Counted from the stretch's first letter, positions 11,271 through 25,701 are shown. The stretch: 64,000 nucleotides of DNA from Octopus sinensis (GCF_006345805.1 NC_043004.1:48980001-49044000); one strand, 5' to 3'. The notes: generated by a model not told the origin, from the letters alone. A program made the numbers and translations.

Positions 11271-12589
11271 AAAAAGACTAGTAATAAATAGCTAGTTATA
11301 TGCTTTACTGAATTTAGTCGGACATATCACAACTCCCAGTGTCAACTTTTTGGTTCTCCTCTGTCAATCAGTAACTGTAATGCATTAAGGTCGAGTCTAT
11401 TACACTGTACACCATACTTTAAAAATAGTTGCATTTTGTCAAAAGAACTCAGGATTTCAATAAAGGAATAAGTTAGCTTTTAATAAACGAATCAGCTAGG
11501 CTAATTAACAAGAGATTCTTTCTATATGGTGTTCCAAACGAATACTATTCTGGGATATTATGTAAGTCAGGAATACGTTTCCTCATTGATCAATGTCCTT
11601 TATAATACAAGTTGCAGGTAAACGTACCAAGAAAAACAGTTGCTTATATAAAGTTACCTGTTTTTTTTTTTTTTTGAGTTTACAGTTGAATGATTATTGG
11701 TGGATCTGAGAGTAACAATTTTATTGACCATTTTCGCCAAGTATTATTCCATCTATTTATAAAACTATAAATCTAATTATACATCAATTTATTTATATCC
11801 TTTTCTATATTCTCTCTATACCTACCCGAGTTAACTCCGCATGTTCACATAATATGATATACTTGCTAGATATAGTAACAACGTGATTACTCTAAAGTAT
11901 CATTTCTAAGAGAATCAAACAGATTAAATAGAACCAATTCCATTCTCACTTTTCTGGCTTTCAGACATTGCTTAATTCTTCCCCTGGTATTTTCTTCCCT
12001 CGAATGAACGAAAGGTAGGCGTTATTTGTGAGAATCTTTGCCGAATTGCATCCAACAGAGGAGAGAAGCGAGAGATTCTAAAGAAAAGAAATATTCTCAA
12101 CAGACGAATAATTCTTGGCTGATCTTTCCCATTACAAGCTGAAATTAATGTTTTCGTTGGCAGAGAAGTTCGCCATACTGCCAATGATAACCCGCTGTAC
12201 AGTAGACTGTCGGAAAATAAAATAATAAAAAAAATAATAAAATAATACAAGGATTGATTCTATTTTGGTTTATTGATTTTCTTCATCCAGTTTCAGCTTC
12301 TCAAAGCGATGACATCATATTCGTACAATCCACATAGCAGTCTCCTTTGCTCTTCACTCAAACAACTGCTTTGCTTTGTCTCTCTCTTCCTTTCGCTTTC
12401 TTTTTATTCTTTATTTATTTTTAAAATACAAAAAGCCGACTCGGGAGCTTAGAGGGACTCTAAGATGAACCTTCAGTTTAACAAACTAAACAAGAAGCAA
12501 CTGTCGGATTTTGCAGTGTTTAGCTATCATTGGTTTTTAATACAGACCGAATTATGTATTTATTACTCTTTATTAGTTTACTTTTTTTT

Positions 12590-12930
12590 TTACTTGTTTC
12601 ATTCATTGGATTGAGGCCATGCTTGAGCATCGCCCCGTAGAATTAGTCGAACAAATCGACCACAGTGCTTATCTTAAAATCAGGTTCATATTCTTGCATT
12701 CTCTCTCGATGAACAGTTAGGTTATAGGGACGTGAAACAAACCTACTAGTGATAGGGTACCAACACAAAGTCTGACTCGTGCGTACACTTTCTCTCTCTC
12801 ACACAAAAACACTAACACACACACGGCATTGGTTGGCTCGGGACTTTAATAAAAGATTTCGCACAGTGGGACTGAAACCGAAACTATGTGGATGCGAAGC
12901 GAATTGTTTAACACAACCATAACCGCGTCT
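12590..12930 (-). mobile_element. SINE family A, diverged
   Basis: Recognisable tail and head motifs with many substitutions. Confidence 0.7.
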
Positions 12931-13013
12931 ATTATTTATCAATGATTATTATTATTAATAGCAATAATAAATCTCTGAGAAAGATGTAAACAGTAGCAGC
13001 ACAACATCGTGAA

Positions 13014-13383
13014 GTATATTTGCCACCTAAATGTGGCTGACCCATATGGGACGATGCTACTGTAGTTTATAGCCCTAGGAAGACATCTCCTCCAGCTGGC
13101 TAATGACACACTGTCTGTGCCCGATCAATATTTGCGAAGGGAAATCATCGTTCCCATCACTCGCCTGACGTGATACACACAGACCCGGGTTTCTGAGTAG
13201 TAACCCGTCATCAGCGTGTGACGATCACCGGCTAGGGATGAGAAGTGATTCCGAACGCAAAATACTCTATAATCGGGCACAGACAGTGTGTCGTTAACCA
13301 GCTGGAGGAGATGTCTTCCTGGGGCTATAAACGACAGTAGCATCGTCCCATATTGGTTAGCCACATTTAGGTGGCAAATATAC
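13014..13383. mobile_element. 370-bp foldback element with central hammerhead
   Basis: 112-bp inverted arms (13014-13125 / 13272-13383, 6 mismatches by eye); weaker symmetry continues inward; possible TA TSD. Confidence 0.85.
13176..13220 (-). ncRNA. type-I hammerhead ribozyme motif, canonical core, GUC site
   Basis: CACACG-CUGAUGA-C-GGGU(UACU)ACUC-A-GAAA-CCCGGG-UC-UGUGUG; 6-bp stem I, palindromic ACCCGGGU helix III, C.A mismatch at the base of stem II. Confidence 0.75.
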
Positions 13384-13624
13384 CTCTATTATTATTATAT
13401 TTTTGTTTTATTTAAATTAAATTAATACGAAGAAAGGGAACCGCCTATGACCTTTAAAAGACCTCGGAAAATGGTGGTGACTGTGGGAAGGGGAAACTCA
13501 AAGGTTGGTGTCGTAAATTGTTGTACATCAAATATCACGTTATTCTCAGACCTGGTCTGAATACTTGCAACAGAGTGGGTACTGTTAAAGGTAAAGATTA
13601 ACTTGGCTGTAGGTGGTCAACTGG

Positions 13625-14033
13625 ACTGCGTATTCTTTTCTACTCTAAGCATAAGGCTCGAAATTTTGGGGGAGGGGGAGTCGATTACATCGACCCCCCC
13701 AGTACGCAACTGGTACTTAATTTATCGACCACGAAAGGATGAAAGGAAAAGTCGACCTCGACGGAATTTGAACTCAGAACGTAAAGACAGTCGAAATACC
13801 TATTTCTTTACTACCCACAAGGGGCTAAACACAGAGAGGACAAACAAGGACAGACAAACGGATTAAGTCGATTATATCGACCACAGTGCGTAACTTGTAC
13901 CTATTTAATCAACCCGGAAAGGATGAAAGGCAAAGTCGACCTCGGCAGAATTTGAACTCAGAACGTAGCGGCAGACGAAATATCGCTTAGCATTTCGCCC
14001 GGCGTGCTAACGTTTCTGCCAGCTCACCGCCGT
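13625..14033 (-). mobile_element. SINE family B, tandem body duplication
   Basis: Head ggcg..gctggcagaaacgttagcacgcc, body cctttcatcctttc..gataa repeated twice. Confidence 0.88.
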
Positions 14034-14509
14034 AACTGGACTGTGTATTAAATTAGTCATGGACATACTGACGCCCGTAGGACTTTCTCAAAGACACAAC
14101 AACGAAAAATTATCTTGAATGTTTTTTCGTTGTGCGGTCCGCCTGGTGATCAGCCATGACTCATGCCGCTTGCTTCTCGAAAAAGGCTGTCCATGCCTGT
14201 ATTAAATCAACCGCCCGTAAAATGGACGACGACTTCTGAAACAGGAAAAGAGATATGAAAGAGACTGGGAGATAGGAAGTTCATACTTCATTAAGGAACA
14301 TTTGTGGGATTATTGAATTAAGAGAGTTTAACTTGACATCGAAACCGGATTCTAAAACAGCATTTGTACTAAACGGCATTTATATGCGTTTACGAACAAT
14401 AATTTATTTTTTTCTTTTTCGTGTAGTGAGGTTATGACATTCATGCATTTTCCAAGAGTGCAAGCAGTGCAAGTCAGACAAATACAAATGGGTATTGACA
14501 GCGTGGTCC

Positions 14510-14562
<53 letters not shown>

Positions 14563-14924
14563 AACACACACTCACACACACCATAGTGCGCGCGCACGCA
14601 CACAACACACGTGCACATACACACACACACGCACGCACACACACATACAATTTCCGTCTTCCAAATACACCCACAAGGCTTTGGTCAGTCCGGGCTATAG
14701 GAGAAAATACCCACCCAAAATACGACATAGGGGAACTGCATCAGAAGTGGTTGCGATGCAAACTTCATTACCACACAGCCATACCTGCTTCCAAAGGGGT
14801 TAGATTTGAGAGAAATTTGGTTGTTATTTCTAGCGGGCTCAACGACTATATTGAAGTCTGTCAGGTGTTCCAATCTGAGGTGTTGTGTCAATGTCAGAAA
14901 GCAACATTACATACAGCTTTAAGA

Positions 14925-15125
14925 TTTTTGGCTGGCACAAGTGTTAGCATGCCGGCTAAAATACTTAGCGGCATTTCTTTCAACTTCATGTTCTGAGTTC
15001 AAATTCCGCAGAGGTCGACTTTGCTTTTCATCCTTCTGGGGTTGATAAAATAAGTACCAGTTGAACATTGGGGTCGATGCAAAAAACGACTTACCCACTA
15101 GCTCGAAATTGCTGGTCTTGTACCA
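14925..15125 (+). mobile_element. SINE family B, diverged
   Basis: Head and body motifs as in the other copies. Confidence 0.75.
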
Positions 15126-15437
15126 AAATTTGTCAGAGCTGTTTACGTTTGGAATTCAAATTTCTTAGAGATGTCACATTTGTTATTTAAAGCTTCCAAG
15201 ACTAAAGTAGCTTATTTAACAATAACATTCTGATCGATCATATTGCATTATAAACCCTCTCTTGACAAATATGCAGCTTCGTACCTAGCCTAAGTATTAC
15301 ACCTGGGTATGAAGATTTAAGTATTATTATGATTTATGTGACGAAGACGAAGGGGAAAAAGGTTTCTATCTTATGAAAACAAGAGAGAAACCTCTACGTG
15401 TTTTCAATTTATTCTTTTATTCTTTTATTCTTTTATT

Positions 15438-15832
15438 CTTTTACTTGTTTCAGTCATTTGACTGCGGCCATGCTGGAGCACCGCCTTTAGTCGAGCAAAT
15501 CGACCCCGGGACTTATTCTTTGTAAGCCCAGTACTTATTCTATCGGTCTCTTTTGCCGAACCGCTAAGTGACGGCGACGTAAACACACCAGCATCGGTTG
15601 TCAAGCAATGCTAGGGGGACAAACACAGACACACAAACATACACACACACATACATATATGTATATATATACGACAAGCTTCTTTCAGTTTACGTCTACC
15701 AAATCTACTCACAAGGTATTGGTCGGCCCGGGGCTATAGCAGAAGACACTTGCCCAAGGTGCCACGCAGTGGGACTGAACCCGGAACCATGTGGTTGGTT
15801 AGCAAGCTACTTACCACACAGCCACTCCTGCA
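15438..15832 (-). mobile_element. SINE family A, full length
   Basis: Nearly identical to 4088-4487. Confidence 0.92.
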
Positions 15833-16179
15833 CCCTTGCTGATAAAAGCAATCAATTTCCCCTCAAACACACACCGTAGCGTTTTAAAAGAAGGTTAAGA
15901 CGGGATGATCGTGATTGGAACGCTCTGGTTCATTCAATCAGAGTTGACTGGGAGTGCGGGTTAAATATCAACAACAATATCAATAACAATAACTGCTGGA
16001 TATTGATTTTTGCCATTTCACTGTCGTTATGTACAGTTGTAGAGTTTGTTTCGCAACAGAATCGATCCGGGTATGATTCCAGTGCGGAGTAACCTTAGGC
16101 AAGTGTCTTCACTCATAGCCTCGGGTTGAATAATACCTTGTGAGTAGAATTTAGTAAACGGAAATACTGTGAACGCCGA

Positions 16180-16876
16180 TCATACATACATACATACATA
16201 CATACATACATACATACATACATACATACATACATACATACATACATACAGACATACATACATACAGACATACATACAGACACACATACATACATACATA
16301 CATACAGACATACATACATACATACAGACACACATACATATATGCATACATGCATACATACATACATACATACATACATACATACATAGTACATACATAC
16401 ATACATACATACATACATACATACGTACGTACATACATACATACATACCATACATACATACATACATACATACAGACATACATACATACATACATACATA
16501 CATACATACATACATACGTACATACATACATACGTACGTACATACATACATACAGACATACATACATACATACATACATACGTACATACATACATACATA
16601 CGTACGTACATACAGACATACATACGTACATACATACATACATACGTACGTACATACATACATACATACATACATACATACATACATACATACATACGTA
16701 CATACGTACATACATACATACATACGTACGTACATACAGACATACATACATACATACATACATACATACATACATACGTACATACATACATACATACGTA
16801 CGTACATACATACATACATACATACATACATACGTACGTACATACAGACACACATACATACATACATGCATACATG

Positions 16877-16907
<31 letters not shown>

Positions 16908-16970
16908 ACATACATACATAGATACATAAATACATACATACATACATACATACATACATACATACATACA

Positions 16971-17001
<31 letters not shown>

Positions 17002-17020
17002 GCATGAGAGGACATACGTA
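16180..17020. repeat. (CATA)n microsatellite
   Basis: Direct reading. Confidence 0.97.
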
Positions 17021-17214
17021 AAAGAAAACGTATAAATCTGCACATATACATACATACAGACATACAACCAAACAAAAATATCCTGTTGTTGATGTTGAAA
17101 TTCCAATGAAGGAGCCTTGGATCTAGGTTAGTAACCGGCTCTTTCTCTATTGGCAAGAATTCTTGAAATAAAACTAAGTAATGACATACATACATACATA
17201 CATACATACATACA

Positions 17215-17245
<31 letters not shown>

Positions 17246-17840
17246 TAAACTATTGAGGAACCTACAGCTACTCTGTTTAGATTACAAATTCAAGTTTATA
17301 CCTGTAATTATTGTGTCAGTGGTTAAACACACTGCCTAAATACCAATCTTGAGAAATTAGGCTTCTTAAAACCAGAAAGGAGAAAACTGATTCGAAGACT
17401 ACATATCCAATCCATCACTGGAACTGTAAAAATCTGTAAAACTTTCATTTAAGTATATATGAGCATGTCTTGACATGCAACTCTATGCGTGAGAGTACAT
17501 ACATAAAACAAAACATACAAATCTGCACACATACATACATACATACATACATAGATACATACATCCATCCATCCATCCATCCATCCATACATACATACAT
17601 ACATACATACATACATACATACAAAACATCCGAAAATACCCTGTTGATGTTGAAATTCCAATGAAGGAGCCTTGGATCTAAGTTAGAAACCGAGTCTTTA
17701 TTGGCAAGAAATCTTGAAAAAAACTGAATAATGACCTACCTACCTACATACATACATACATACATACATACATACATACATACATACATACATACAAACA
17801 TACATACATACATACATACATACATACATACATACATACA

Positions 17841-17875
<35 letters not shown>

Positions 17876-17929
17876 GTATCAAAAGCTTGCATGAAGTATC
17901 GATAAGTTTATGACAACACACTTTGAAGG

Positions 17930-19230
17930 CTGCTTCCAATGCAATTCAAGAACAAGGGATCACCAAGTACACGAGGCATAAATAGCAGAAAACACTGACA
18001 GACAACAACAAATGTAAGCTGTGCAAAATTAAACCTGAAGACATCAACTACATTATTACCATCTGCGAGATAATATCTTTTAGATATTGTTTTTCCCATG
18101 GGGTGTGATGTAGAGCCAGTTCAATCTGGAACAGAATCAGAAGAAAACACATCCAACTGACAAAATCGACTAAACTGAGATTAAGGGGTTAAACATATAT
18201 TGGTGGAACTTAAAAATTAAGATAGCCATCAAGTCAAAATACAACGAGATAGCAGAAAGACATTTTTTTTCAACACGTAAATACTGAACAGTATATATAA
18301 AGGATAAAATCCTTTTAAAAGTAGAAAAATTTGCCGGTAACCAGCCATGAGGATTGATCTCACACCCCTCCAATATCCGGTTGGAGTGTTCTATATACTG
18401 TTCTGTATTTACATGTTGGAAAAAAAATTATCTTTCTACTTGTTCTAGATAACATTTCAGCGCTTCAAAAACAAACTTATGTTTGCTTACATATGACAAC
18501 TAGATAAATTTCTTTACTACCCACAAGGGCCTAAACACAGAGGGGACAAACAAGGACAGACAACCGGATTAAGTCGATTATATCGACCCCTGTGCGTAAC
18601 TGGCACTTATTTAATCGAGCCAGAAAGGATGAAAGGCAAAGTTGACCTCGCCGGAATTTGAACTCAGAACGTAGCGGCAGACGAAATACCTATTTCTTTA
18701 TTGCCCGCAAGGGCCTAAACACAGAGGGGACAAACAAGGACAGACAAACGGATTAAGTCGATTATATCGACCCCAGTGCGTAACTGGTACTTATTTAATC
18801 GACCCCGAAAGGATGAAAGGCAAAGTAGACCTCGGCGGAATTTGAACTCAGAACGTAGCGGCAGACGAAATACGGCTATGCATTTCGCCCGGCGTGCTAA
18901 CGTTTCTGCCAGTTGTGGGAGCACGGGAGAAAAAATATGCACTGTCGTGGATATGCACAGCGGCCTTCTAGAGACCAACGTGGTCGGGAAAATACAGGAG
19001 AAAGAAAACGTCTGTGGATCATTGATGAGAAGTTTGCAGATCTAGTACCCAAGATACGTTTTCAGTTTCGTACCTGTTAATAATGGAGTAACACGATACG
19101 TACCAATCCACCTGGAGCAAAGTATGGATGAACATGGGTTCTTGGGAAGAGACTGCATATTAACTCATACGCTACAAATGATCACGATAACCGAGACAAT
19201 AATAATCTGCAAGGACTTCTTAAGATGTAA
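17930..19230 (+). mobile_element. degenerate RLE non-LTR (R4/Dong-like) 3' region interrupted by SINE B
   Basis: AIQEQ...KCKLCKIKPEDINYIITIC zinc-knuckle relic at ~17940-18065; KENVCGSLMRSLQI*YP.Y.F.FVP at ~19000-19080. Confidence 0.5.
18505..18915 (-). mobile_element. SINE family B, tandem
   Basis: Two consecutive bodies plus head. Confidence 0.9.
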
Positions 19231-19361
19231 ACGACGATGAACAAAACAAGATGCTCTTCTCCACAACCTTGCTACTAAGCAGCTTGACTGGTCAAAATTA
19301 CCTGTAGATTAAAAAGAGAAAAAGAAAACATACATACACGCATGCACACACCACACACACA

Positions 19362-19406
<45 letters not shown>

Positions 19407-19563
19407 AACGAAGGCGTCTATACGCAATATAAAACCAAAAAAAGGAAAATTAAGAGTTTAAAATATTCATAGCCTCAAGGAAGCACAGTTCCATACACTG
19501 ACAGGGGAGATAACTGCTCCACAACAAACATACACACACATACACTTACATGAACTAACCATA

Positions 19564-19600
<37 letters not shown>

Positions 19601-19682
19601 CATGTACATACGTAGGCTATATTGCATTGCAGAATAGGCTTTCGCGAGCATTAAAATCTGTAGACTTAGGTAGTATATATAC

Positions 19683-20084
19683 TCTTTACTCTTTTACTTG
19701 TTTCAGTCATTTGACTGCGGCCATGCTGGAGCACCGCCTTTAATCGAGCAACTCGACCCCGGGACTTATTCTTTGTTAGCCCAGTAATTATTCTATCGGT
19801 CTCTTTTGCCGAACCGCTAAGTGACGGGGACATAAACACACCAGCATCAGTTGTCAAGCAATGCTAGGGGGACAAACACAGACACACAAACATGCACACA
19901 CACACATATATATATATACATATATACGACGGGCTTCTTTCAGTTTCCGTCTACCAAATCTACTCACAAGGCTTTGGTCGGCCCGAGGCTATAGTAGAAG
20001 TCACTTGCCCAATGTGCCTCGCAGTGGGACTGAACCCGGAACCATGTGGTTGGTTAGCAAGCTACTTACCACACAGCCACTCCT
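19683..20084 (-). mobile_element. SINE family A, full length
   Basis: Homology to other copies. Confidence 0.92.
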
Positions 20085-20682
20085 GTGGGTGTTTATATTC
20101 AAATCAGTCTAAATAGTTGTGTTATTGCGTCCAGTAACCTAGCAATTCGTCAAACAGAAAATGATAAAACGAACACCTGACTGAAATAAGAAGTATTTCG
20201 GAGTTGATATAATTTGCTAAAAGCCTTGCAGACGATGTCCCTAGCATGACTACAGTTCAGAAACCGAAACCAGTGAAGGGTAAAGTGTGGAAATAAAGTT
20301 TCGAGCAGATCTGGTTCAATCTCTCCCTTTCCCTCTCTTTCTCTCTCCGTCTCTGATAGGTCTGTGTGTCTGTCTGCAATTTTGTCTCCGTCTCTCTGTC
20401 TGTCATTCTCTCTCTCTCTCTCTCTCTCACACATTTACATGTACACATTTACATATACACATTTACAAATACACATTTACATACACACATTTACATATAC
20501 GCACACATAACTCATTACTTTTAATCAGGCTGCTTTCTTCATGGTCGTTCGACCCGTAGAAATATCAGCCAAATTCACCTCAAATCATACTGTGGTCCTA
20601 GATACCCTAAGTCTGAATAATAAATAGTGTTTGATCATATGACCGATCATAGTTTTTTCCAATATCAGGTACTATTACCGTG

Positions 20683-21075
20683 GCAAGCTGGCAGAAACGT
20701 TAGCACGCCGGGCGAAATGCTTAGCAGTATTTCGTCTGCCGCAACGTTCTGAGCTCAAATTCCGCCGAGGTTGACTTTGCCTTTCATCCTTTCGGGGTCG
20801 ATAAATTAAGTACCAGTTACGCACTGAGGTCGATATAATCGACTTAATCCGTTCGACTGTCCTTGTTTGTCCTCTCTGTGTTTAGCCCCTTGTGGGTAGT
20901 AAAACAAATAGTTATTTCGTCTGTCTTTACGTTCTGAGTTCAAATTTCGCCGAGGTCGACTTTGCCTTTCATCCTTTCAGGGTTGATAAATTAAGTACCA
21001 GTTGCCTACTGGTGTCGATCTAATAGACTGGCCCCCTCCCCTAAAATTTCGGACCTTGTGCCTAGAGTAGAAAAG
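20683..21075 (+). mobile_element. SINE family B, tandem
   Basis: Head, body, tail, second body. Confidence 0.9.
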
Positions 21076-21389
21076 AATATCAGGTACCATTCCATTGACA
21101 TCTAAGAATGTGTTATAGAAATCGATCTCAGTGCCTTACAGGAGTACTTTATTGTACCGTCCTGGAAGGATAAATAAGTAAAGTTGATCTCATCAGGATT
21201 CGAACCAAGAATGTAATGATCCGAAACTAAATACCGCAAGCATTTTGTTCGACGCTTTAAGAATTTTGCCGAATCCATAGTACCACATCAGGAGAGGCCA
21301 GGGGCTAAACAACAACAACTGCAACAGCAACAACAACTAAAGCAACAAATTTTAACAAAGTGGAACTTGGATATTTTAAAAACTTTTTA

Positions 21390-21812
21390 TTATGCTTGTT
21401 CCAGTCATTTCACTGTTGCCATGCTGGGGCACCACATTGACGGGATTTAGTCGAACCTAGTACTTATTCTATCAGCCTCTTAAGCCAGATCGCAAAGTTA
21501 CTGGGACGTAAACACACCAACACCCGTTGTCAAGCGGTGGTGGGCGACAAACATAGACACAAAGACACACACATATATATATACATATGCATACGTATAC
21601 ATACATATATATATGCATATATATATATATGTATGTATATATGTATATATTTATATACGACAGGCTTCTTTTCAGTTTCCGTCCACCAAATTCACTCACA
21701 AGACTTTGGTCGACCTGAAGCTATTAGTAGAAGACACTCGCCCAACGTGCTTTGCTGTGGGACTGAACGCGGAACTATGAAGTTGGGAAGCAAGCTTCTT
21801 ACTACACAGCCA
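21390..21812 (-). mobile_element. SINE family A, diverged
   Basis: Homology to other copies; a tail-only copy follows at ~22090-22320. Confidence 0.8.
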
Positions 21813-22702
21813 TATATGTGTTGTGTGTATGTGTGTGTGTATGTGTGTGTGTATGTGTGTGTCTGCTTCTATCTGCGGATGCCTATGCATGTGATTGTAT
21901 GTGCGTATGAACACGTGTACATATATGTATTTATATAAGTGTGCATCAATGCTTATTTTTGCACGCATGCGTGTGCATGTGCGTGTGTATGTGTTTGCGT
22001 CGTGTACTAACATACATATGCGTACATGTGATTGTATGTACGTATGTGTGTATGCGTGTGTGTGTATGCGTGTGTGTGTATGCGCCCGGACATCAACTCT
22101 TTTACTCGTTTCAGCAGTCATTTGACTGCGGCCATGCTGGAGCACCGCCTTTTTTTTTTTTTTTAATCGATCAACTCGACCCCGGGACTTATTCTTTTGT
22201 AAGCCCAGTACTTATTCTATCGGTGTCTTTTGCCGAACCGCTAAGTAACGGGGACATAAACACACCAGCATCGGTTGTCAAGCAATGCTAGGGGGACAAA
22301 CACAGACACACAAAACCACATATATACATATATATATATATGTATGTATATATGTATAGAATATAACTAAATAGAATTCTTAAGCAAACCAAGACCTATC
22401 GACCATACCCCAAGTTGTACCACGGCTCATATAGCCTTACCCATCATACAATTCTAAGGCACTACTACTCACCCTCACCCTTGTTCTCGACCTTCTCTCA
22501 TCCTCACTACATAGAGAGCCCTGTTTCTACCGCAGCTCTTACCTTCTTCCAGCTTCCCTTATTCACCCTCGTCCCGCCATCGCCTCAATCAGCTGCAAGA
22601 CGGCTATACCTCATACGTAGATTCCTGCATTTGCCAATGCCGTTACAACTTTTGGTCCCTGTCACATTTCCTCTTCTGTCTTTCTCACAGAAACCCATCT
22701 AA

Positions 22703-22741
<39 letters not shown>

Positions 22742-23705
22742 ACACAAATATACGCATACTTCAATTCCTCGCTCCCCCCCCTTCTGCGCCTCCCCTTCCT
22801 GCTCCTCCTCCAGCTTAACTCTCGAGAAAACCAGGAGGCAAAGTCGGGGAATCGGAAAGAGGTGAAGCATTATTATTGATTTAAAAAGAAAAACTTTCCA
22901 CTGACTACAAGCCATCGCTGCCGCTACCGCTACCGCCTTCGCCAACGCCACCACTAGCTCTAGCACCGTTAACATCATCGCTGCCGCCGCTCACCTCTCT
23001 CTCTCCGTTCACTGTACACCGCCGCCGCCGCCGCCGCCGTCTTCATCGCCTCTGCCGTCTTCATCGCCTCTGCCGTCACCTCCATCGTCACTCGCTGCTG
23101 TGATGCGATTGGCTGAATTGTACGACGAGAACGCTGAAAGATTGGAGGAATTTCTAGTGTTCTTTGTTGTGTTTCCAATGTCTTCTAATTCAATCAACCA
23201 CGTGTCTTACTTCCACCCCAATCCTGCCAGACATTTTCATTATCATCGCTGTATATACCGAACACGGGTTCAAAATACCGAAAGATGGAGAAGATCAGCT
23301 TTTCTATGTTCAACCAGCCAGCCAACAAGCCAGCCAACCACCCTCTCTCACTCATACACCTGCATGACTAAATCTCCACATAAAAACTGCATTAGATTAT
23401 AAGTTGTGCAGCAATAGCAACAGCAGCAGCAGTAGATCTACAGTAATACACTTGCAACAAAATAGAGGTGCACTGATGTATTGCCGTTTCCATATCTGCA
23501 GCTTCACTCAAGTGTGCCGGTGTAGCCAACTAGCAGAGTGCATCGTGTTTCTTCTACAACTTCGATGTCTATTTCTAAGTTATGCTTATTTCTAAGTATG
23601 TATAAATATATCAAGCTTGATGTTGGCTAATATAGCATATATGTATTTTGATCATATACATAAGTGTGTGCGTTTGTGTTTGTGTGTATAATATATATAT
23701 ATATA

Positions 23706-24103
23706 TTACTCTTTACTCTTTTACTTGTTTCAGTCATTTGACTGCGGCCATGCTGGAGCACCACCTTTAGTCGAGCAAATCGACCCCGGGACTTATTCTT
23801 TGTAAGCCCAGTACTTATTCTATCGGTCTCTTTTGCCGAACCGCTAAGTGACGGCGACGTAAACACACCAGCATCGGTTGTCAAGCAATGCTAGGGGGAC
23901 AAACACAGACACACAAACATTGTAGACATGTATATACATATATACGACAGGCTTCTTTCAGTTTACGTCTACCAAATCCACTCACAAGACATTGGTCGGC
24001 CCGGGGCTATAGTAGAAGACATTTGTCCAAGATGCCACGCAGGGGACTGAACCTGGCACCATGTGGTTGGTTAGCAAGCTACTACCACACAGCCACTCCT
24101 GCG

Positions 24104-24107
<4 letters not shown>
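23706..24107 (-). mobile_element. SINE family A, full length
   Basis: Homology; a head-only copy lies on + at ~24393-24560. Confidence 0.92.
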
Positions 24108-24152
<45 letters not shown>

Positions 24153-24177
24153 TATATTATATAATTATATATATATA

Positions 24178-24217
<40 letters not shown>

Positions 24218-24332
24218 TATAATATATATATATTATATATATATATATTATACACACACAAAAAAATATACAATACATACATACATACATACATACATAC
24301 ATACATCACACACCACACACACACACACACAC

Positions 24333-24370
<38 letters not shown>

Positions 24371-25402
24371 TATATATATATATATATATATATAGGCGCG
24401 CAGACTTGGCGTGTGTGGTAATAAGCTTGCTTCCCAACCACATGGTTCCAAGTTCAGTCTTACTGCGTGGCACCTTGAGCAAATGTCTTCTGCTATAACC
24501 ACGGACCGACCAAAGCCTTGTGAGTAGACTTGGTAGACGGAAACTGAAAGAGGCCCGTAGATATGCCGCGTAGCATTTTGTTCGACGTGCTAACGATTCT
24601 CGTCGACGCTCGCCGCCTTTATGAGGGTATGTAATGAAATGTCTAATATAATACGGCTGACATCATACATACTCGAGAATGTGACCCGGTTTCAATTCCC
24701 AGTTGCCGCTATTTCATTTCTATAGGAAATTCTCATGGAGAAAGAATGGACATTGCAACTGATTCTCCTCTTCACAATTCAACAGGGGTGGTCACCAAAC
24801 GTCAAAAAACAACTAATCAAGAAATGTCAAGTATCTTATGATAATAAGCATTGTGCTCCTAACATAAGCACAAGGATTCAAATGTGAAAGAAGAGCATAG
24901 CTGATTATATCGACCCAGTATTTGATTGGTACTTGATTTTATCGATCCTGAAAGGATGGAGGGCAAAGTTGACTTCGACAGGATTTGAATTCAGAACCAT
25001 TGAGGCCCGCAATAAAATAAAATACTAACGCTCTAACTACTCTACCAGTCATTCTTCTTGTAATAGATACATTGTAGACCAGACATGGGTAACTTTTTTC
25101 TAGAAGTTGGCCACTTTGAGCTGTTTCTTCTAGTCGGTGTTATTCGGGCGCTCAGCTACGAGTCCACTACATTTTATAGTAGAAACACCTACAAGCTAAT
25201 GAAGTTAATAAGATAACCATTTATTCCATTGTCATCTCAATTTGTTATTATCTCCCCTACTTTCCTTTCTGTGTCCCTTTCTGTAGAAGAGCGTAGGCTC
25301 GAAACGTAAAAGACTTTTTCTATTCCTGAGCGCTATACTAATGCATCTATTTGTTTTGTACATCACCTGTCTTCGTCTTTTGTTTTTTTCTTAAACTTTC
25401 CC

Positions 25403-25488
<86 letters not shown>

Positions 25489-25701
25489 ATGTATATAAGT
25501 GTGTGTGTGTATGTGTGTGTGTGCGTGTGTGGGATTAAAATCAAAATAAGCAACAAGGGTATCCAGAGGTAATGCAGTACGATCGTTTCATGCGACTCCA
25601 TTTAACTGAACAATACAATCATAATCATCTTATTTTGAAATTGTATGGATAATACCGTACTAAATTCTGGAGCCTAGTACCATATTCATCTGAATCTAAA
25701 T

